A stretch of DNA of 64,000 nucleotides, from IMG/VR virus record IMGVR_UViG_3300047476_001246; one strand, written 5' to 3'. Under the pieces are notes generated by a model. The model was not told the DNA's origin. It was given only the letters and a program-made list of their open reading frames with translations, and made no database searches. Origin of the DNA: a virus. Made by a program: the position numbers and the translations under genes. Within the stretch, counting starts at the first letter, position 1; the number at the start of each line of letters is the position of its first letter. Of this stretch, positions 28,945 through 40,276 are shown one piece after another.

Positions 28945-30027
28945 TTAAACTTTAAACCATCGTGCAACAGATGCGCTGTACATCAATTTGATTGCAGCCG
29001 AATTAGTTAAACTGGCTGATGCCGACCAATTGTTGGCCAATCCATAAACTGATGTGACTCCAGGAGTCATGTTCGAAACAAAACAGCTGGTAATTGGTGT
29101 CATTGACACAATGTCTAACATTCTTCCGTCTTCGACAGAATTTGGTAATGTGATAAACAAATTGGCAACTGTTCCAGTTGGTGAGCAGTTAGCAATAAAT
29201 CTGTTATAGTCAACATTCGCAAATAAATTTTGATCAGTGACCACATTGGCAATAAAATAGTCAGGGTTGATAATACCACTGTTAATAATTAAATTGCCGT
29301 TTACAAATACGTTTCCTGCTACACCAACTCCACCTTTGACCACTAATGCTCCTGTTGTGGCCGAGGTACTTGTTGTGGTTGAATTGGCAACTAGATTGCC
29401 GCCAGAAACAGTAAGCCCGCTAAAATGATACGCTCTATTTCTAGTTAGATCTTTGATTGCAATTGTGGTTCCGTAATCAACAGTGCTGAACTCAAAGAAG
29501 TAATCAGTAGCATTGCCTAATTCTACGGAATTGAATGTAATAGTGTTTGAACTGAGTCCAGCAATGGTGTCCTTGTCGCCTAATGCCACTGCACTTGGTA
29601 CAGTTAAAGTATACGACGGATTGTTAACACTTACCCAAAGTGTCACTTTGGCGTTTTGATTGGCTGCATTACTTGGAAAGTTAAACGATAGAGTGGTAGC
29701 ACCTGCTAGTGTAATTTTTTGGAAATTACCGTTGGCAAAATCAACAGTGATAGCTCCACTTACAGCACCAATGTTGTTGTAAGTTTCTCTATATCCAGTA
29801 AAACTAGCACCTACAATAGCATTACCTAACAAATCATTTTCTAGTGTGGTGTTGCTTAATGCAGACTTAAAGACTGCTTTGTTTTGCATGTCTTCAATTT
29901 CTGCTTTAACATATGTAAAATTATTACGAATGTTGGTAAAATTGTCACGGAAACCCTGACTGTCGTTGTCCTGTCCGGCAACGGGATATGTACCATCAAT
30001 ATTATTTGGATTAACTTGGCTTGTCAT
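28945..30027 (-). CDS. Virion structural protein (baseplate/tail-associated)
   Basis: N-terminus YPVAGQDNDSQGFRDNF; TGALVVKGGVGV fibre motif. Confidence 0.7.
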   Translation of the reverse strand: MTSQVNPNNIDGTYPVAGQDNDSQGFRDNFTNIRNNFTYVKAEIEDMQNKAVFKSALSNTTLENDLLGNAIVGASFTGYRETYNNIGAVSGAITVDFANGNFQKITLAGATTLSFNFPSNAANQNAKVTLWVSVNNPSYTLTVPSAVALGDKDTIAGLSSNTITFNSVELGNATDYFFEFSTVDYGTTIAIKDLTRNRAYHFSGLTVSGGNLVANSTTTSTSATTGALVVKGGVGVAGNVFVNGNLIINSGIINPDYFIANVVTDQNLFANVDYNRFIANCSPTGTVANLFITLPNSVEDGRMLDIVSMTPITSCFVSNMTPGVTSVYGLANNWSASASLTNSAAIKLMYSASVARWFKV

Positions 30028-33000
30028 TTATACGAATACTCCATTTTGTGGGAACTTGATATATTTATCCTCAGATTCTGGAATGATATATTTGTCTCTG
30101 TTATTACTGAAGGCTGTACCACCGCGTACACCACCTTTTCCTGGATCACCTTCGCGACACTGACAACTGCCCCCATCAAACGTTGTTTCTTCGCTGGCTA
30201 ACGAACCTGTAAATATTCGGTATCTTGGAACCACTTCCCCTGCAGATTGTCTATATTGCAAGGTACTTGAAGGGTAGCTTTTACCGGTTCTAACTTTGAC
30301 TGTCTGGGCTAGATTACACTCGTTTTGGAATTCTAGCTTGATTTCGAAGTCGTCGCCCTGATCAAATCTTGAATATGCAAATCCTGGACTGGCTTCATCA
30401 AACCCCACAGTTGGGTTGTCAAAGCCCAGCGGGACCAATGGTTCCCAGGTCAGTTGCCATACTCCGCCGCGTTGATTGATTTTGCTCAATCCGGATAATT
30501 TATCAAGATATCCAGGAACAGTAGTTATTCCGTCAGTTAGTATCCAACCATCATTGACGTACTCTGATCCAAAATTTGCCTGATTTGCAAATATTATCAG
30601 TTCGTTTTCAACAAAATTTGTAATGCCGTCGATCAATCCCAATCGTTTAACATTTCCTACAGTGTTTCCGTTGATCTGACTAAATGGTCCTTGTACAGCA
30701 TAATCCACTCGAGCCGATCCGTCAAACTTGACCACAGCGCCTTGTTGAGCTGTTATGTTGGCAGACAGTACCATTTCAATAGCACGAACGCCGTAATCTG
30801 TTTCGTTTAGAGTCACTGATCTTACCGCTGTGTTAGCACCAATTGACGATAGTGTATCTGTACTGGTACAAATCCATCCGTACCCAATTTTCAAGTTGTC
30901 GGTAATTACAATAGTATTGGAATCAGTGACGCCACCATCAATGACTGTGGCCACAATCACATCGCTACCAACTCCAAGATTGGGATATTTGTCAAATGTG
31001 GTATCTCTACTAGGCAAGAATCTGTTGGTATCTGTGTCGTAAAATTTTGAAAGATAATTATCCCATTGATATCTGTCTACTACAAAATCAATTGAGTTCA
31101 AACTGAATCCGCTGTTCTTTAATCTATACGCAACCAACTTTGACGCTCCGGGTTTGGTATATGCAAGAACCACAGCTCTGGTCAACCCAAGAACACGCCC
31201 GTCTTCTTGTACACTGGTCATCCATCGGGGCAATGCACCTCTGTTGGAATATCCTAATCCTTCTTCCAATCTATTTTGCATGTTGTTGAAACTGTTGGGA
31301 TAGATTGTGCTGTACTCGTTGCTGCCAAATTTAAATTTATTTTTGTTTATTAAATTCACACTCAACGGCGGACCTGCAGTATCAAATTGTTGATTGTCAA
31401 TTACATCAACATAAACAACTTCATAATCAATATTGCCGCTATTGTTGACTGCACGAGCTGTTCTAATATTACCAAAATTCAACGATTTTGTGTAATGATT
31501 CAGTGAGATTGAATTAATTACTGTGCTTGCTTTAGAAGCACTTAGGCCTGGTAAGAATAAAAACTTTAGATTTTTTTGTAATCCAAAGAAAGCATCATCG
31601 GGTCTATACAACAATTCCCTAGGAACAATATTGGTATCTTCTAGTACGTTCTTTAACGCCAATCTTTGTTCTTCTTTTGGTAATGCTTTTAGATATAAAT
31701 TTTCAAACGGAGCAAGGTTGCGCGGTCTGACATGGATTACAAAATTATTAACTGATGATATAGATTTGTCAATTGCCTCGGCTTTTACGCTAAATCTGCA
31801 ATCTTGATCAAAGGTGGTGTTGCCGCCATCAATAACAGTTGAGATAGCATTTGCAATTGTACTGATTACTATAGTGTTTTCGTCGTTGCTAAAGGTCAAC
31901 GGAGATCCTTGCACCACATAAATTGCTGGACGAACTTCGATAGTGTTGTTTTCAAGTATGTCAGTGACTTCACAACCTGCTGCAACACCAACTCCTTGCA
32001 CACTCATACCTATTTCAATGCCTTCAACAGTAGACATCGGTAAAAAGCCCCTTGCACTGTCCAAGCTAAAATATCTAAATGTGACTTTACCAACAAATTG
32101 TCCCGAGCGCAACATACGCAGACCTTGCGGCACTCTGCGATAGGGTTCGTAAACTAAACTGTATTCTAGTTCTTTTCCAACAGTATTTGTTGCACTAATG
32201 GTCACTTCGCTAATAGAGCCGTTGTCAATGAAACCAAGGTCTTGAGGTGTGTTCCAAATTATTTCTTCGTTTCTAGTACGTTTAACTGTCAAGGTAAACG
32301 TGACAGGGTCGCTTAGGTAGTCAACTGCAAGTGTTCTGAATGCTCGTACTACGATAGAATAAGTTTCAGTGTCGGCAGTCTGTGGTGGCAAGGTTCCGTA
32401 AAGCCACCCGGTATCTCTGTTGATCTGTAAACCAAGAGCCGAAATTCCTTCCTGACCTTGATCAAATAAAATAGTATCAAAACCGGTTGTTGGACTGATA
32501 TACAAGACTTCAACCACATCGGTGGGGCTCGGTGCTCGTGTAGCAACAGTACCCGATGAATCACTGGTGTCTGTGCCGCCTTGATCGTATTTAAATACCA
32601 CGTCTGACACTATTTCTGTAATAGTAAATCTTCCGTTAAGACTAGCAGTGGGCACACCGTAAACATCAACAATATCTCCGGCTGAGAAATTGTGTGGGGT
32701 TGAAGTAGTAAGTACCACTTCGTCATTGGTTCTCACAACACTCGAAATTGTATAGTTTGTGAATGTCAGTTGATTTAGTGTGGTTGTGTAATCATCAATA
32801 GCAGTGAGTAAAACATCATTTACTCGAACGCATATTTCACTTGCGCCTGCTGGTTGATCTAGAGTGTATGGTCCTGCAGTGTTATTACCAGTGATGATCT
32901 GATCAACAGCAGCATCAAGGTCGTCCATACCACTAAAAGCAAGTTCGTCAACCTTCCAGGAAATATCTTCATCTTCTGGGTCGTATGCTAAAAATTTGTA

Positions 33001-33786
33001 AGCAAAAGTATCGCCTACTACTCTAATAGGCAACGAGTCTGGCGAATTCAATATAATAGGACGATAACGATTGTCCTGATCAATAGTCAAGAAAGTGTTG
33101 TTGATCAGTGTGATGTCGTTGTCGCCAGTGAAATTAGATTTACTGACTACAAGAACTCTTACATTAAGAGTATCGTATTTTACACCATCACTGACTTGTA
33201 GAGTAAAGTTAAAATTTCTATCTGTACTTTCCGGCAAGACATCGTATACAACTGATTCTACGCCTGTTGCCTCAAAGCCCAATAGGTCAGTATTGGATGC
33301 AACAACATCAAGATAACCAGACAGTTTACCATCAGTCGACAACGTAGTACCTGGAGGTAAATTTCCTGCAAGCACACTCCAAGTTTGTGTAGCAGCCGGA
33401 TTGTCGTTGATCGATGAAAACTGATATTCTAAGTACTCGCCATCAAAAAACGCTCCAACAAGATTTGGTCTTGGAAAAATTTGAGGGCCGGCTATGTTGC
33501 TTACGCTAATGGAAAAAGATCGATCAGCCACCCGTCCCTGGGGATTTGTTGCACGTACGGTAAATGCATACACTGCGGTTTGCCCTACTGAACTCAGTAT
33601 AGTAGGAACCCCTCTAAGTTCTCCGATTCTGGTGATATACATACCACCAGGCAATTCTCCGCTTATGAAACTGTAAATCAAAGGTTGAGAATCACTGTCA
33701 ACAGCTTCAAATTGCTGTGAGAAGAACTGTGATTCCGGAACAGTGCCTAGATCACCTTTTTTAGTTATCCAAGTAATTGTACTCAT
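30028..33786 (-). CDS. Baseplate wedge-like structural protein with Ig-like domains
   Basis: 1252 aa; GxLPPG-type Ig repeats; within tail gene cluster. Confidence 0.7.
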   Translation of the reverse strand: MSTITWITKKGDLGTVPESQFFSQQFEAVDSDSQPLIYSFISGELPGGMYITRIGELRGVPTILSSVGQTAVYAFTVRATNPQGRVADRSFSISVSNIAGPQIFPRPNLVGAFFDGEYLEYQFSSINDNPAATQTWSVLAGNLPPGTTLSTDGKLSGYLDVVASNTDLLGFEATGVESVVYDVLPESTDRNFNFTLQVSDGVKYDTLNVRVLVVSKSNFTGDNDITLINNTFLTIDQDNRYRPIILNSPDSLPIRVVGDTFAYKFLAYDPEDEDISWKVDELAFSGMDDLDAAVDQIITGNNTAGPYTLDQPAGASEICVRVNDVLLTAIDDYTTTLNQLTFTNYTISSVVRTNDEVVLTTSTPHNFSAGDIVDVYGVPTASLNGRFTITEIVSDVVFKYDQGGTDTSDSSGTVATRAPSPTDVVEVLYISPTTGFDTILFDQGQEGISALGLQINRDTGWLYGTLPPQTADTETYSIVVRAFRTLAVDYLSDPVTFTLTVKRTRNEEIIWNTPQDLGFIDNGSISEVTISATNTVGKELEYSLVYEPYRRVPQGLRMLRSGQFVGKVTFRYFSLDSARGFLPMSTVEGIEIGMSVQGVGVAAGCEVTDILENNTIEVRPAIYVVQGSPLTFSNDENTIVISTIANAISTVIDGGNTTFDQDCRFSVKAEAIDKSISSVNNFVIHVRPRNLAPFENLYLKALPKEEQRLALKNVLEDTNIVPRELLYRPDDAFFGLQKNLKFLFLPGLSASKASTVINSISLNHYTKSLNFGNIRTARAVNNSGNIDYEVVYVDVIDNQQFDTAGPPLSVNLINKNKFKFGSNEYSTIYPNSFNNMQNRLEEGLGYSNRGALPRWMTSVQEDGRVLGLTRAVVLAYTKPGASKLVAYRLKNSGFSLNSIDFVVDRYQWDNYLSKFYDTDTNRFLPSRDTTFDKYPNLGVGSDVIVATVIDGGVTDSNTIVITDNLKIGYGWICTSTDTLSSIGANTAVRSVTLNETDYGVRAIEMVLSANITAQQGAVVKFDGSARVDYAVQGPFSQINGNTVGNVKRLGLIDGITNFVENELIIFANQANFGSEYVNDGWILTDGITTVPGYLDKLSGLSKINQRGGVWQLTWEPLVPLGFDNPTVGFDEASPGFAYSRFDQGDDFEIKLEFQNECNLAQTVKVRTGKSYPSSTLQYRQSAGEVVPRYRIFTGSLASEETTFDGGSCQCREGDPGKGGVRGGTAFSNNRDKYIIPESEDKYIKFPQNGVFV

Positions 33787-36176
33787 TATGTTTTTATAAT
33801 AAACTGTATACCCAAATACGGTGGCATATTGGCATTGGTTCCAGAAGATCCAGTGGATTGTACTGAAGGATTAGTATAGGTCGGAGATCCGGTTGTTGTT
33901 GAAACATTGGTCACAGCCTGTGATCCAAAAGTTTGGAAACTTGATGTTGATGTTGATACACCAGTCACAAAAGTTCCAGAAACACTACCGCCTGATAAAG
34001 TGTGACTGTGTGCTACAACAATTGCATCTTTGCTACCACCAGTGGCTCCAACACCATATAACGTTCCTGCACCAACTGGCATTCTGTCTCTATAGTCTGG
34101 TAGATTGAATGTGCTTGTCCCATTGCCAACACCAAAGGTTGTACCAATCACTCCAAATAAAGTGGCGTAAGTAGATCTTGAAACAGCCTGTCCATTACAC
34201 AATAACCAACCAGCTGGTGGTGTTGCAGTTGGCCACATTATTAATGAACCAGACGGCTGTGCATTATTGATAACAAATTCTGTAGTTGCCACCTGTTCTG
34301 TGCTTGTGCCGTTTGGAGCAGTTGGCGCTGTCACTGTGCTGGTAAATGTAGCATTTTCAGCAACAAAGGATGTTGCCTGTACATTTGCACCAATAACATT
34401 ATAGGAATTGACAACGTTGGCATATACAGTATTGTATCTTAAGAAAAATTCGCCTAGGTTGTATGTGACATTGGCTGTGGGTCTAAAATGTGCTCCTACA
34501 TGTGTATTGCCGGTTGTTGGCGATCCGTATATGTTGCCCAGGAATCCTCTAGTTCCTACACCGCCTATTATGTTTCCAGAGGCAAATACATTTGAAAGAG
34601 TGACAAGATTTCCTGTTGCACTTATGTTTCCTGTTGCAATAACAGCATTGCCTGCAGATCCTCCAATATACAAATTACCGGAGTTGATACTCATGCCGCC
34701 GGATGTGACCTGCACAGCACCAGTTGACAAACCTGTTGCTTTGGTAGTATTGCCAAATTTTGTGACGCCAGCCTGTCCGACATAAATCTCAGCGGCTGTT
34801 TCGTTAAATACATACGCGGTGCTGGTTGTTGCAATCAATCCTGCGGCATCGTTAATATTGTCAATGTAAACATTGCCACCGGTATGAATAGTACCACCTA
34901 CTCCAAGACCGCCAAGCCCAGTAATTACAATTGCTCCAGTACTGGGATCTGTACTATCTGTTCCAGCAGTGGCCAGTATGTTAGATCCAAAATTTGGTAC
35001 ACCAGTAAAGCTGACTGCACCGGTAATTTGAGCAGGAGTTAGATTAAAAATGTGTGCCTGCTGCCAACGACTGCCCGGAGTTCCTAACCAACGTTGATTG
35101 TCAATATTAGGAATAATATTTGCTGTGGTAGTCTGACCGGAAATATTCAATGTGGTCAGCGTACCAACTGAAGTTATAAATGGCTGATTGCTGGTAATAA
35201 CATTGCCAAGAATATTTGATCTAATATTACCACCGGCAATGGTATGTAAATTATTAAAGAACACATTACCGTTGGCACTGAAGCCACCGGCTATTCTTAC
35301 TGCACCGGTTCCTAATCCAGTTGAATTGGTTAAGTCGGCAAAGATTGTCTGTAGTCCAATAGTACCACCGTTGAATGCCTGTGCTGCGGTTTGTACCGGA
35401 CTACCATTGATTAAAATAGTATCAGCGCCGGAAAAACGTAAAGTACCAACATGGAATCCGCGCACAGTTATATTACCAACGTTGGCATTGTTGCCAACAA
35501 ACACATTACTTTGTACGTAAACGTTTCCTTGGATACCGGCACCACCAGCAACTTGTAAAGCACCAGTCACATTGCTTGTTGCGGCTATGTTGTTGCTTAA
35601 TAAAAGTTGACCAAATTGAACATTACCAAACGAACCCGATGTAATAATGTTGGCTGATTCTGTGACATCATCTAAGTAAACCAAAGTACCAGTGGTGTTT
35701 TGTCTACCAATAAAACCGTATTTGTCTGCACCATCGTAGTATTGCCACTTTAATCCAATATCCAGATCGTCGTCGAATGTGTACGGAGCAGCGTTGGCGT
35801 GAATAACAATAATAGGAGCGCCGGACTGTTGACTTTGACTAGCAGCCTGGCTTCCAGAAACTGTAAGATTACCAATAATGTTAACATTACCGTAGATAAA
35901 GGCACCGCCTTGACTCACAAACAAATTACCATTGCTGGTCACAGTGTTAGCAATAAGACTGTCTGCACTGATGTATGTGTTTGCAAGTATATAGGTATTT
36001 GATAAAAAGTATTCGCTCTGAACACTCAACGCACTGATGATGGTTTGTCTTGTGCCAGCATACAATCCATCATTGACTATTTGAAAATTGTCGTTTACAG
36101 TGTCAAACGCTGTTCTAAGCGGACTACCTGTGCCGTCATTTGGTTCAATTCCTATATTAATTGCTGTATATGCCAT
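33786..36176 (-). CDS. Tail fibre with tail-collar domain
   Basis: N-terminal NDGTGSPLRTAF; C-terminal PAGWLLCNGQAVSRSTYATLF...FNLPD collar. Confidence 0.85.
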   Translation of the reverse strand: MAYTAINIGIEPNDGTGSPLRTAFDTVNDNFQIVNDGLYAGTRQTIISALSVQSEYFLSNTYILANTYISADSLIANTVTSNGNLFVSQGGAFIYGNVNIIGNLTVSGSQAASQSQQSGAPIIVIHANAAPYTFDDDLDIGLKWQYYDGADKYGFIGRQNTTGTLVYLDDVTESANIITSGSFGNVQFGQLLLSNNIAATSNVTGALQVAGGAGIQGNVYVQSNVFVGNNANVGNITVRGFHVGTLRFSGADTILINGSPVQTAAQAFNGGTIGLQTIFADLTNSTGLGTGAVRIAGGFSANGNVFFNNLHTIAGGNIRSNILGNVITSNQPFITSVGTLTTLNISGQTTTANIIPNIDNQRWLGTPGSRWQQAHIFNLTPAQITGAVSFTGVPNFGSNILATAGTDSTDPSTGAIVITGLGGLGVGGTIHTGGNVYIDNINDAAGLIATTSTAYVFNETAAEIYVGQAGVTKFGNTTKATGLSTGAVQVTSGGMSINSGNLYIGGSAGNAVIATGNISATGNLVTLSNVFASGNIIGGVGTRGFLGNIYGSPTTGNTHVGAHFRPTANVTYNLGEFFLRYNTVYANVVNSYNVIGANVQATSFVAENATFTSTVTAPTAPNGTSTEQVATTEFVINNAQPSGSLIMWPTATPPAGWLLCNGQAVSRSTYATLFGVIGTTFGVGNGTSTFNLPDYRDRMPVGAGTLYGVGATGGSKDAIVVAHSHTLSGGSVSGTFVTGVSTSTSSFQTFGSQAVTNVSTTTGSPTYTNPSVQSTGSSGTNANMPPYLGIQFIIKT

Positions 36177-36207
36177 TTTTAATCCATTTTATGTATTTAC
36201 TTAAATC

Positions 36208-39200
36208 TTACGGGTTCTCTAATGCGTACAATCTTGCTGCGATCTGATCCAGCGCAGCAGCCACATTACTTACCGAAGTGAGCCAATGTGTACCGTTGCC
36301 CATTGTGTACGACACATTCGAAGTCACTACTCTAATGGCATTGATGTTAACACCACTGATATTGGCCAACGCGGTAATGTATGATGCAGCAATATTAGCA
36401 GATGCATTAACATTGGTAGCCGCTATGTTTGCATTATGGAATGGTAGGTATTGAGCTACCTGAGTATTACCATAGGTGCCTGCGCCCACTGGGTTTCCGT
36501 CAACATAAATGTTGCCACCACTGGTTGTAATTGTGCTTAAACCTAGATATAGTGCTGTGTTGGCGTATATGTTAGCCCAGCGTTTTGAATTCTCACCCAG
36601 ATCGTAGGTCACATTGACATTCGGGACTACGTTGCTGGTAATTGCTCTTAGGTTTGACAAGGCATTACCTGCTGTAATGTTTGCACGTAAAGCATTTATT
36701 TCAATCTGCTGACTAGCTGCATTGGCAAATACCCCAACGCTAGTTGATGCAATTAATAAGTTTATTGCAGTGACATTGGACTGTAAAGAAATTATTTCTA
36801 CATTGGCTGCTGCAACATTAGCATTGGTTGCAGTCAATGAACTGAAATCAATTGCAGCAATGGCAGCGTTTGCAGCCGCTACATTGGCATTGATAGCGTT
36901 AATAAGACTGGTTTGTGTAGCTGCATTGGCATTGGCAAATGTTTGGAAAGAACCCAAGTTTGCCTGTATTGCTATCACGTTGGCGTTTGCAAACAAGTGA
37001 TATGCACCAATGTTGGCGTTAATTGCATTGATTGCAGCAGCCTGAACACCAGCATTAGAACTTAACACATTTACGTCGGTGCGTAGTGTGCTAACGTTTG
37101 CGTTTGCATAAGTCTGATATGCACCAAGGTTGGCCTGTGTAGCCAATACTTCGGCGTTTGCATAAGTCTGATATGCACCAAGGTTGGCCTGTATAGCTGA
37201 CACATTGGCATTCGCATATGTTTGATATTCGTTAATACTGAGTTGTATAGCCGCTACGTTGGCATTAGCAAAGGTCTGATACGCACCTAAGTTAGAATCT
37301 ATACCACTGATACTCAAATTAGCAGCAGTAATATTAGCGTTGATCAAATTGATCGCTGTTGCTTGTGTGGCCGCATTGCTTGTTAAGCTGGTTATATTGG
37401 TTGTTGCTGTGCCTAGGTTTGCATCTAGTGTTTGTATTGACGCAGACTGTGTGGCTGCATTACCTGTTAATGTAGCTATGTTGCCTGTCAGTGTGCTGAC
37501 ATTTGTAATCAATGTGGCAACATTAATGTTCAACGTTCCAATGTTTGCATACAATGCTGGTACATCTGGAATTGCTGTTGTTTGAACGCTTTGGTCGCGG
37601 AATCTAAGATTTGCTCCACGTAAGTAAACATCGCCGTCGGCAAACATTACTAGACCGCTAGAATTAGAATTCAACCAAATGTTGCTGTTAGAACTAATTA
37701 CCAGGTTCGCACCAATTGCTGAAATAAACGCGGTGTTTGCTTTGTTAGCGTTTTCAAAGTTTTGGAATTGTCCCACGCTATAGGTACTACTGGTAATTCC
37801 AGCTACCAAGTGTACGGTATTATCAGTGGACACATCTGACGCTAGTTTCAGCGAAGTTATAGCAGCATTACCTGTTGCTTTATTTTGAACAACCACTTGA
37901 TAGGTGCTGTTTACATTACCAACAAAGGTCGCGCCGGCATTGGCAAATGTAGTTGAAGTGTTTGATCCAACTACCAAATTGCTCAAACTGTACAAGGTTG
38001 TATTAGCAGTGACAAAAGGTGCCTGAATGTTGCCAGTGAACGCTTGCCCGGAAATATTGGCTTTGGTAATAATAGCTGCATTGGCTGCTTCTACGTTAGC
38101 TAGAATAGTACCAACTGTGCTAGCACCAGTGCTTAAATTTGCTTCAACGGCATCGACTCTGAGATTAGCAGCAGTGATATTGGCACGCAGTTTGTTAATT
38201 TCTATGTTGGCAGCAGCCACGTTTGCATTGGTTGCAATAATATTGGCAGAGTATAATCCAATATTACTTTCTAATGTAGAAATACTGATGTTTGCTAGTG
38301 TTAGTCCGTTTTGTACACTAATAATATTGGCATTGGCAGCAGACACATTTGCATTGATCAAATTGATTTGAATACTTTGTGCGGCAGCATTGGCAGTCAA
38401 TGATGCTAAACTTGCATTTTGAGTAGATGCATTTGCATACAGATCCGACAGTGTTGATGCCTGGGTAGCTGCATTTGCTACCAAAGTGTTTAGTGTTGCA
38501 GCCTGCAGTCCGGCATTGGAATACAAGCTGTTGATATCAATATTGATACTGGTAATATTACCTTGAAGTATCAACACATTGGCATTTGATGCAATTACGT
38601 TTGCTCTTAATGCATTTATTTCTGTTGACTGTGCAGCAGCATTTGCATTTGCCAATGTCAGTGCAGCGTTAATTGCTGCTAACGATACGCTCTGGGTAGC
38701 AGCATTGGCTGTTAATGTATTGATACTTGCTGCCAGTGTGCCTGTGTTGGATTGCAAGGCCACAATATTAAGATTGCTTAATGTTGTTGCAGTTTGTATA
38801 CTTGCAATTCTTAGGTTCGCAGCAGCTACGTTCGCGTTAATTGACGCAACGTTGGCATTGCCACCAAACGCTGTTGATTGCACTGTACCGTCAGAAAAAC
38901 GAATAGTAAGTCCGTTGTTGAGTTGAAGAACATTGCTTGTTAATAATTGCAATTGCGGAACAGACAGATTGCCAGCCATGAATTCCACATTGTGTGTTTC
39001 GCTTTGTAGTTGTAAATTTCCACCTGTAATAAACACATAACCGTCGTGTGCTCGTCCCCACGGAAAAGCAGGATCACTATACGTACTGCCACTCATGCCA
39101 AGAGTGATGAAATTGCTTAGGTCGCTGCCGTCGTCGGCGGTGACTACCAAATCGCCGCTGCCTGCTGGATCAAAATTTTGTAGATTTATTTGAAGGTAGG

Positions 39201-39891
39201 TGTTTGCATCACCTGCGCTGTTTCCATAAAACAAAGCCGCTGCATTGTTGTAAATTTGACCAATGCCTTCGCTGATCGCAGGTCCCACAACAAGATAGGA
39301 ATCTGAGCGGATATAATTAACTGTGCTAATAGAATTGGCTGTGATATTGCCAGTAAAATTGGCACCAGACAAACTGGCCTTGGTTAGAATAGCAGCATTG
39401 GCAGCAGCTACGTTTGCATTGACCGAAGCTACATTAGCTAAAATAGCGTTTCCGCTCAAAGCATTATCAATGCTTGCATTTACATAAGCAATAGATGCTT
39501 TGGTACTGTTTAGATTAGATATAGATACTGCTTGTGTTGCTGCATTACTTTCTAGGGTATTGATGCGTGAGGAATGATTTGAAATTGCTAAATTGGCAGC
39601 AGCTACATTTGCATTAACCGAAGCAAATGATGTGTTTAGAACGGCAATATTGCCAGCAACCGCATTGTCGACATATCCTTTACTTGCGGTATTTGGAATA
39701 TCTGCCGCAGTCAACGACACATTGCCAACTTGACCATTAACCGAATAAACCAAAACATTGGCAGCAGTAATTTGTACATTACCACTGTAAAGTTCAGAGA
39801 AATTCTCGTTAATTTTTGTAAATGCTGTTCTTAACGGATCCCCACTACCGTCGCTGGCCGTGTTTCCGGTAATAATTAACTGTTGTGCCAT
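36208..39891 (-). CDS. Long Asn/Ala-rich coiled-coil tail fibre
   Basis: N-terminal DGSGDPLRTAF; many NANVAAAN / NAATQ repeats. Confidence 0.8.
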   Translation of the reverse strand: MAQQLIITGNTASDGSGDPLRTAFTKINENFSELYSGNVQITAANVLVYSVNGQVGNVSLTAADIPNTASKGYVDNAVAGNIAVLNTSFASVNANVAAANLAISNHSSRINTLESNAATQAVSISNLNSTKASIAYVNASIDNALSGNAILANVASVNANVAAANAAILTKASLSGANFTGNITANSISTVNYIRSDSYLVVGPAISEGIGQIYNNAAALFYGNSAGDANTYLQINLQNFDPAGSGDLVVTADDGSDLSNFITLGMSGSTYSDPAFPWGRAHDGYVFITGGNLQLQSETHNVEFMAGNLSVPQLQLLTSNVLQLNNGLTIRFSDGTVQSTAFGGNANVASINANVAAANLRIASIQTATTLSNLNIVALQSNTGTLAASINTLTANAATQSVSLAAINAALTLANANAAAQSTEINALRANVIASNANVLILQGNITSINIDINSLYSNAGLQAATLNTLVANAATQASTLSDLYANASTQNASLASLTANAAAQSIQINLINANVSAANANIISVQNGLTLANISISTLESNIGLYSANIIATNANVAAANIEINKLRANITAANLRVDAVEANLSTGASTVGTILANVEAANAAIITKANISGQAFTGNIQAPFVTANTTLYSLSNLVVGSNTSTTFANAGATFVGNVNSTYQVVVQNKATGNAAITSLKLASDVSTDNTVHLVAGITSSTYSVGQFQNFENANKANTAFISAIGANLVISSNSNIWLNSNSSGLVMFADGDVYLRGANLRFRDQSVQTTAIPDVPALYANIGTLNINVATLITNVSTLTGNIATLTGNAATQSASIQTLDANLGTATTNITSLTSNAATQATAINLINANITAANLSISGIDSNLGAYQTFANANVAAIQLSINEYQTYANANVSAIQANLGAYQTYANAEVLATQANLGAYQTYANANVSTLRTDVNVLSSNAGVQAAAINAINANIGAYHLFANANVIAIQANLGSFQTFANANAATQTSLINAINANVAAANAAIAAIDFSSLTATNANVAAANVEIISLQSNVTAINLLIASTSVGVFANAASQQIEINALRANITAGNALSNLRAITSNVVPNVNVTYDLGENSKRWANIYANTALYLGLSTITTSGGNIYVDGNPVGAGTYGNTQVAQYLPFHNANIAATNVNASANIAASYITALANISGVNINAIRVVTSNVSYTMGNGTHWLTSVSNVAAALDQIAARLYALENP
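37100..37192. repeat. Exact 39-bp direct repeat, 54-bp period, within fibre gene
   Basis: gcgtttgcataagtctgatatgcaccaaggttggcctgt at 37100 and 37154. Confidence 0.85.
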
Positions 39892-39949
39892 AAATCTTCC
39901 TATATACTAGGTATTTATGGCGTTTGGCGGGAATAGAGTTTTGGGAGAA

Positions 39950-40276
39950 CTAGTAAGGACTAAAGCTGCTACCACATCCACACGTGGTCTGTGCTTGTGG
40001 ATTTTCAATGGCAAAACTGGAGCCCATTGCGTCTTCGGTATATTTGATTTTGGCGCCTTGTAGATATTGGGCACTCATGGAGTCAACCAACAAGCCAACT
40101 CCATCGAATTCTAAATCAAAATCATCTTCGTTTTTGGCATCGTCGAAGGTAAATCCGTACTGAAATCCCGAACATCCGCCACCTTGTACAAATATACGTA
40201 GTTTAAGATCCGGGTTCCCTTCTTCAGCTATTAGTTCTTTGAGTTTTAGTACTGCACTTTCTTGCAAATCAATCAT
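39950..40276 (-). CDS. erpA: A-type Fe-S carrier ErpA/IscA
   Basis: GGGCSGFQY and CGCGSSF. Confidence 0.92.
   Translation of the reverse strand: MIDLQESAVLKLKELIAEEGNPDLKLRIFVQGGGCSGFQYGFTFDDAKNEDDFDLEFDGVGLLVDSMSAQYLQGAKIKYTEDAMGSSFAIENPQAQTTCGCGSSFSPY

Noticed and set aside
29884-38926. Numerous plus-strand ORFs opposite structural genes
   Set aside because: Antisense shadows from codon bias; no RBS or recognisable motifs
33786-39891. Diversity-generating retroelement acting on tail fibres
   Set aside because: No reverse transcriptase and no TR/VR pair with adenine-specific mismatches seen
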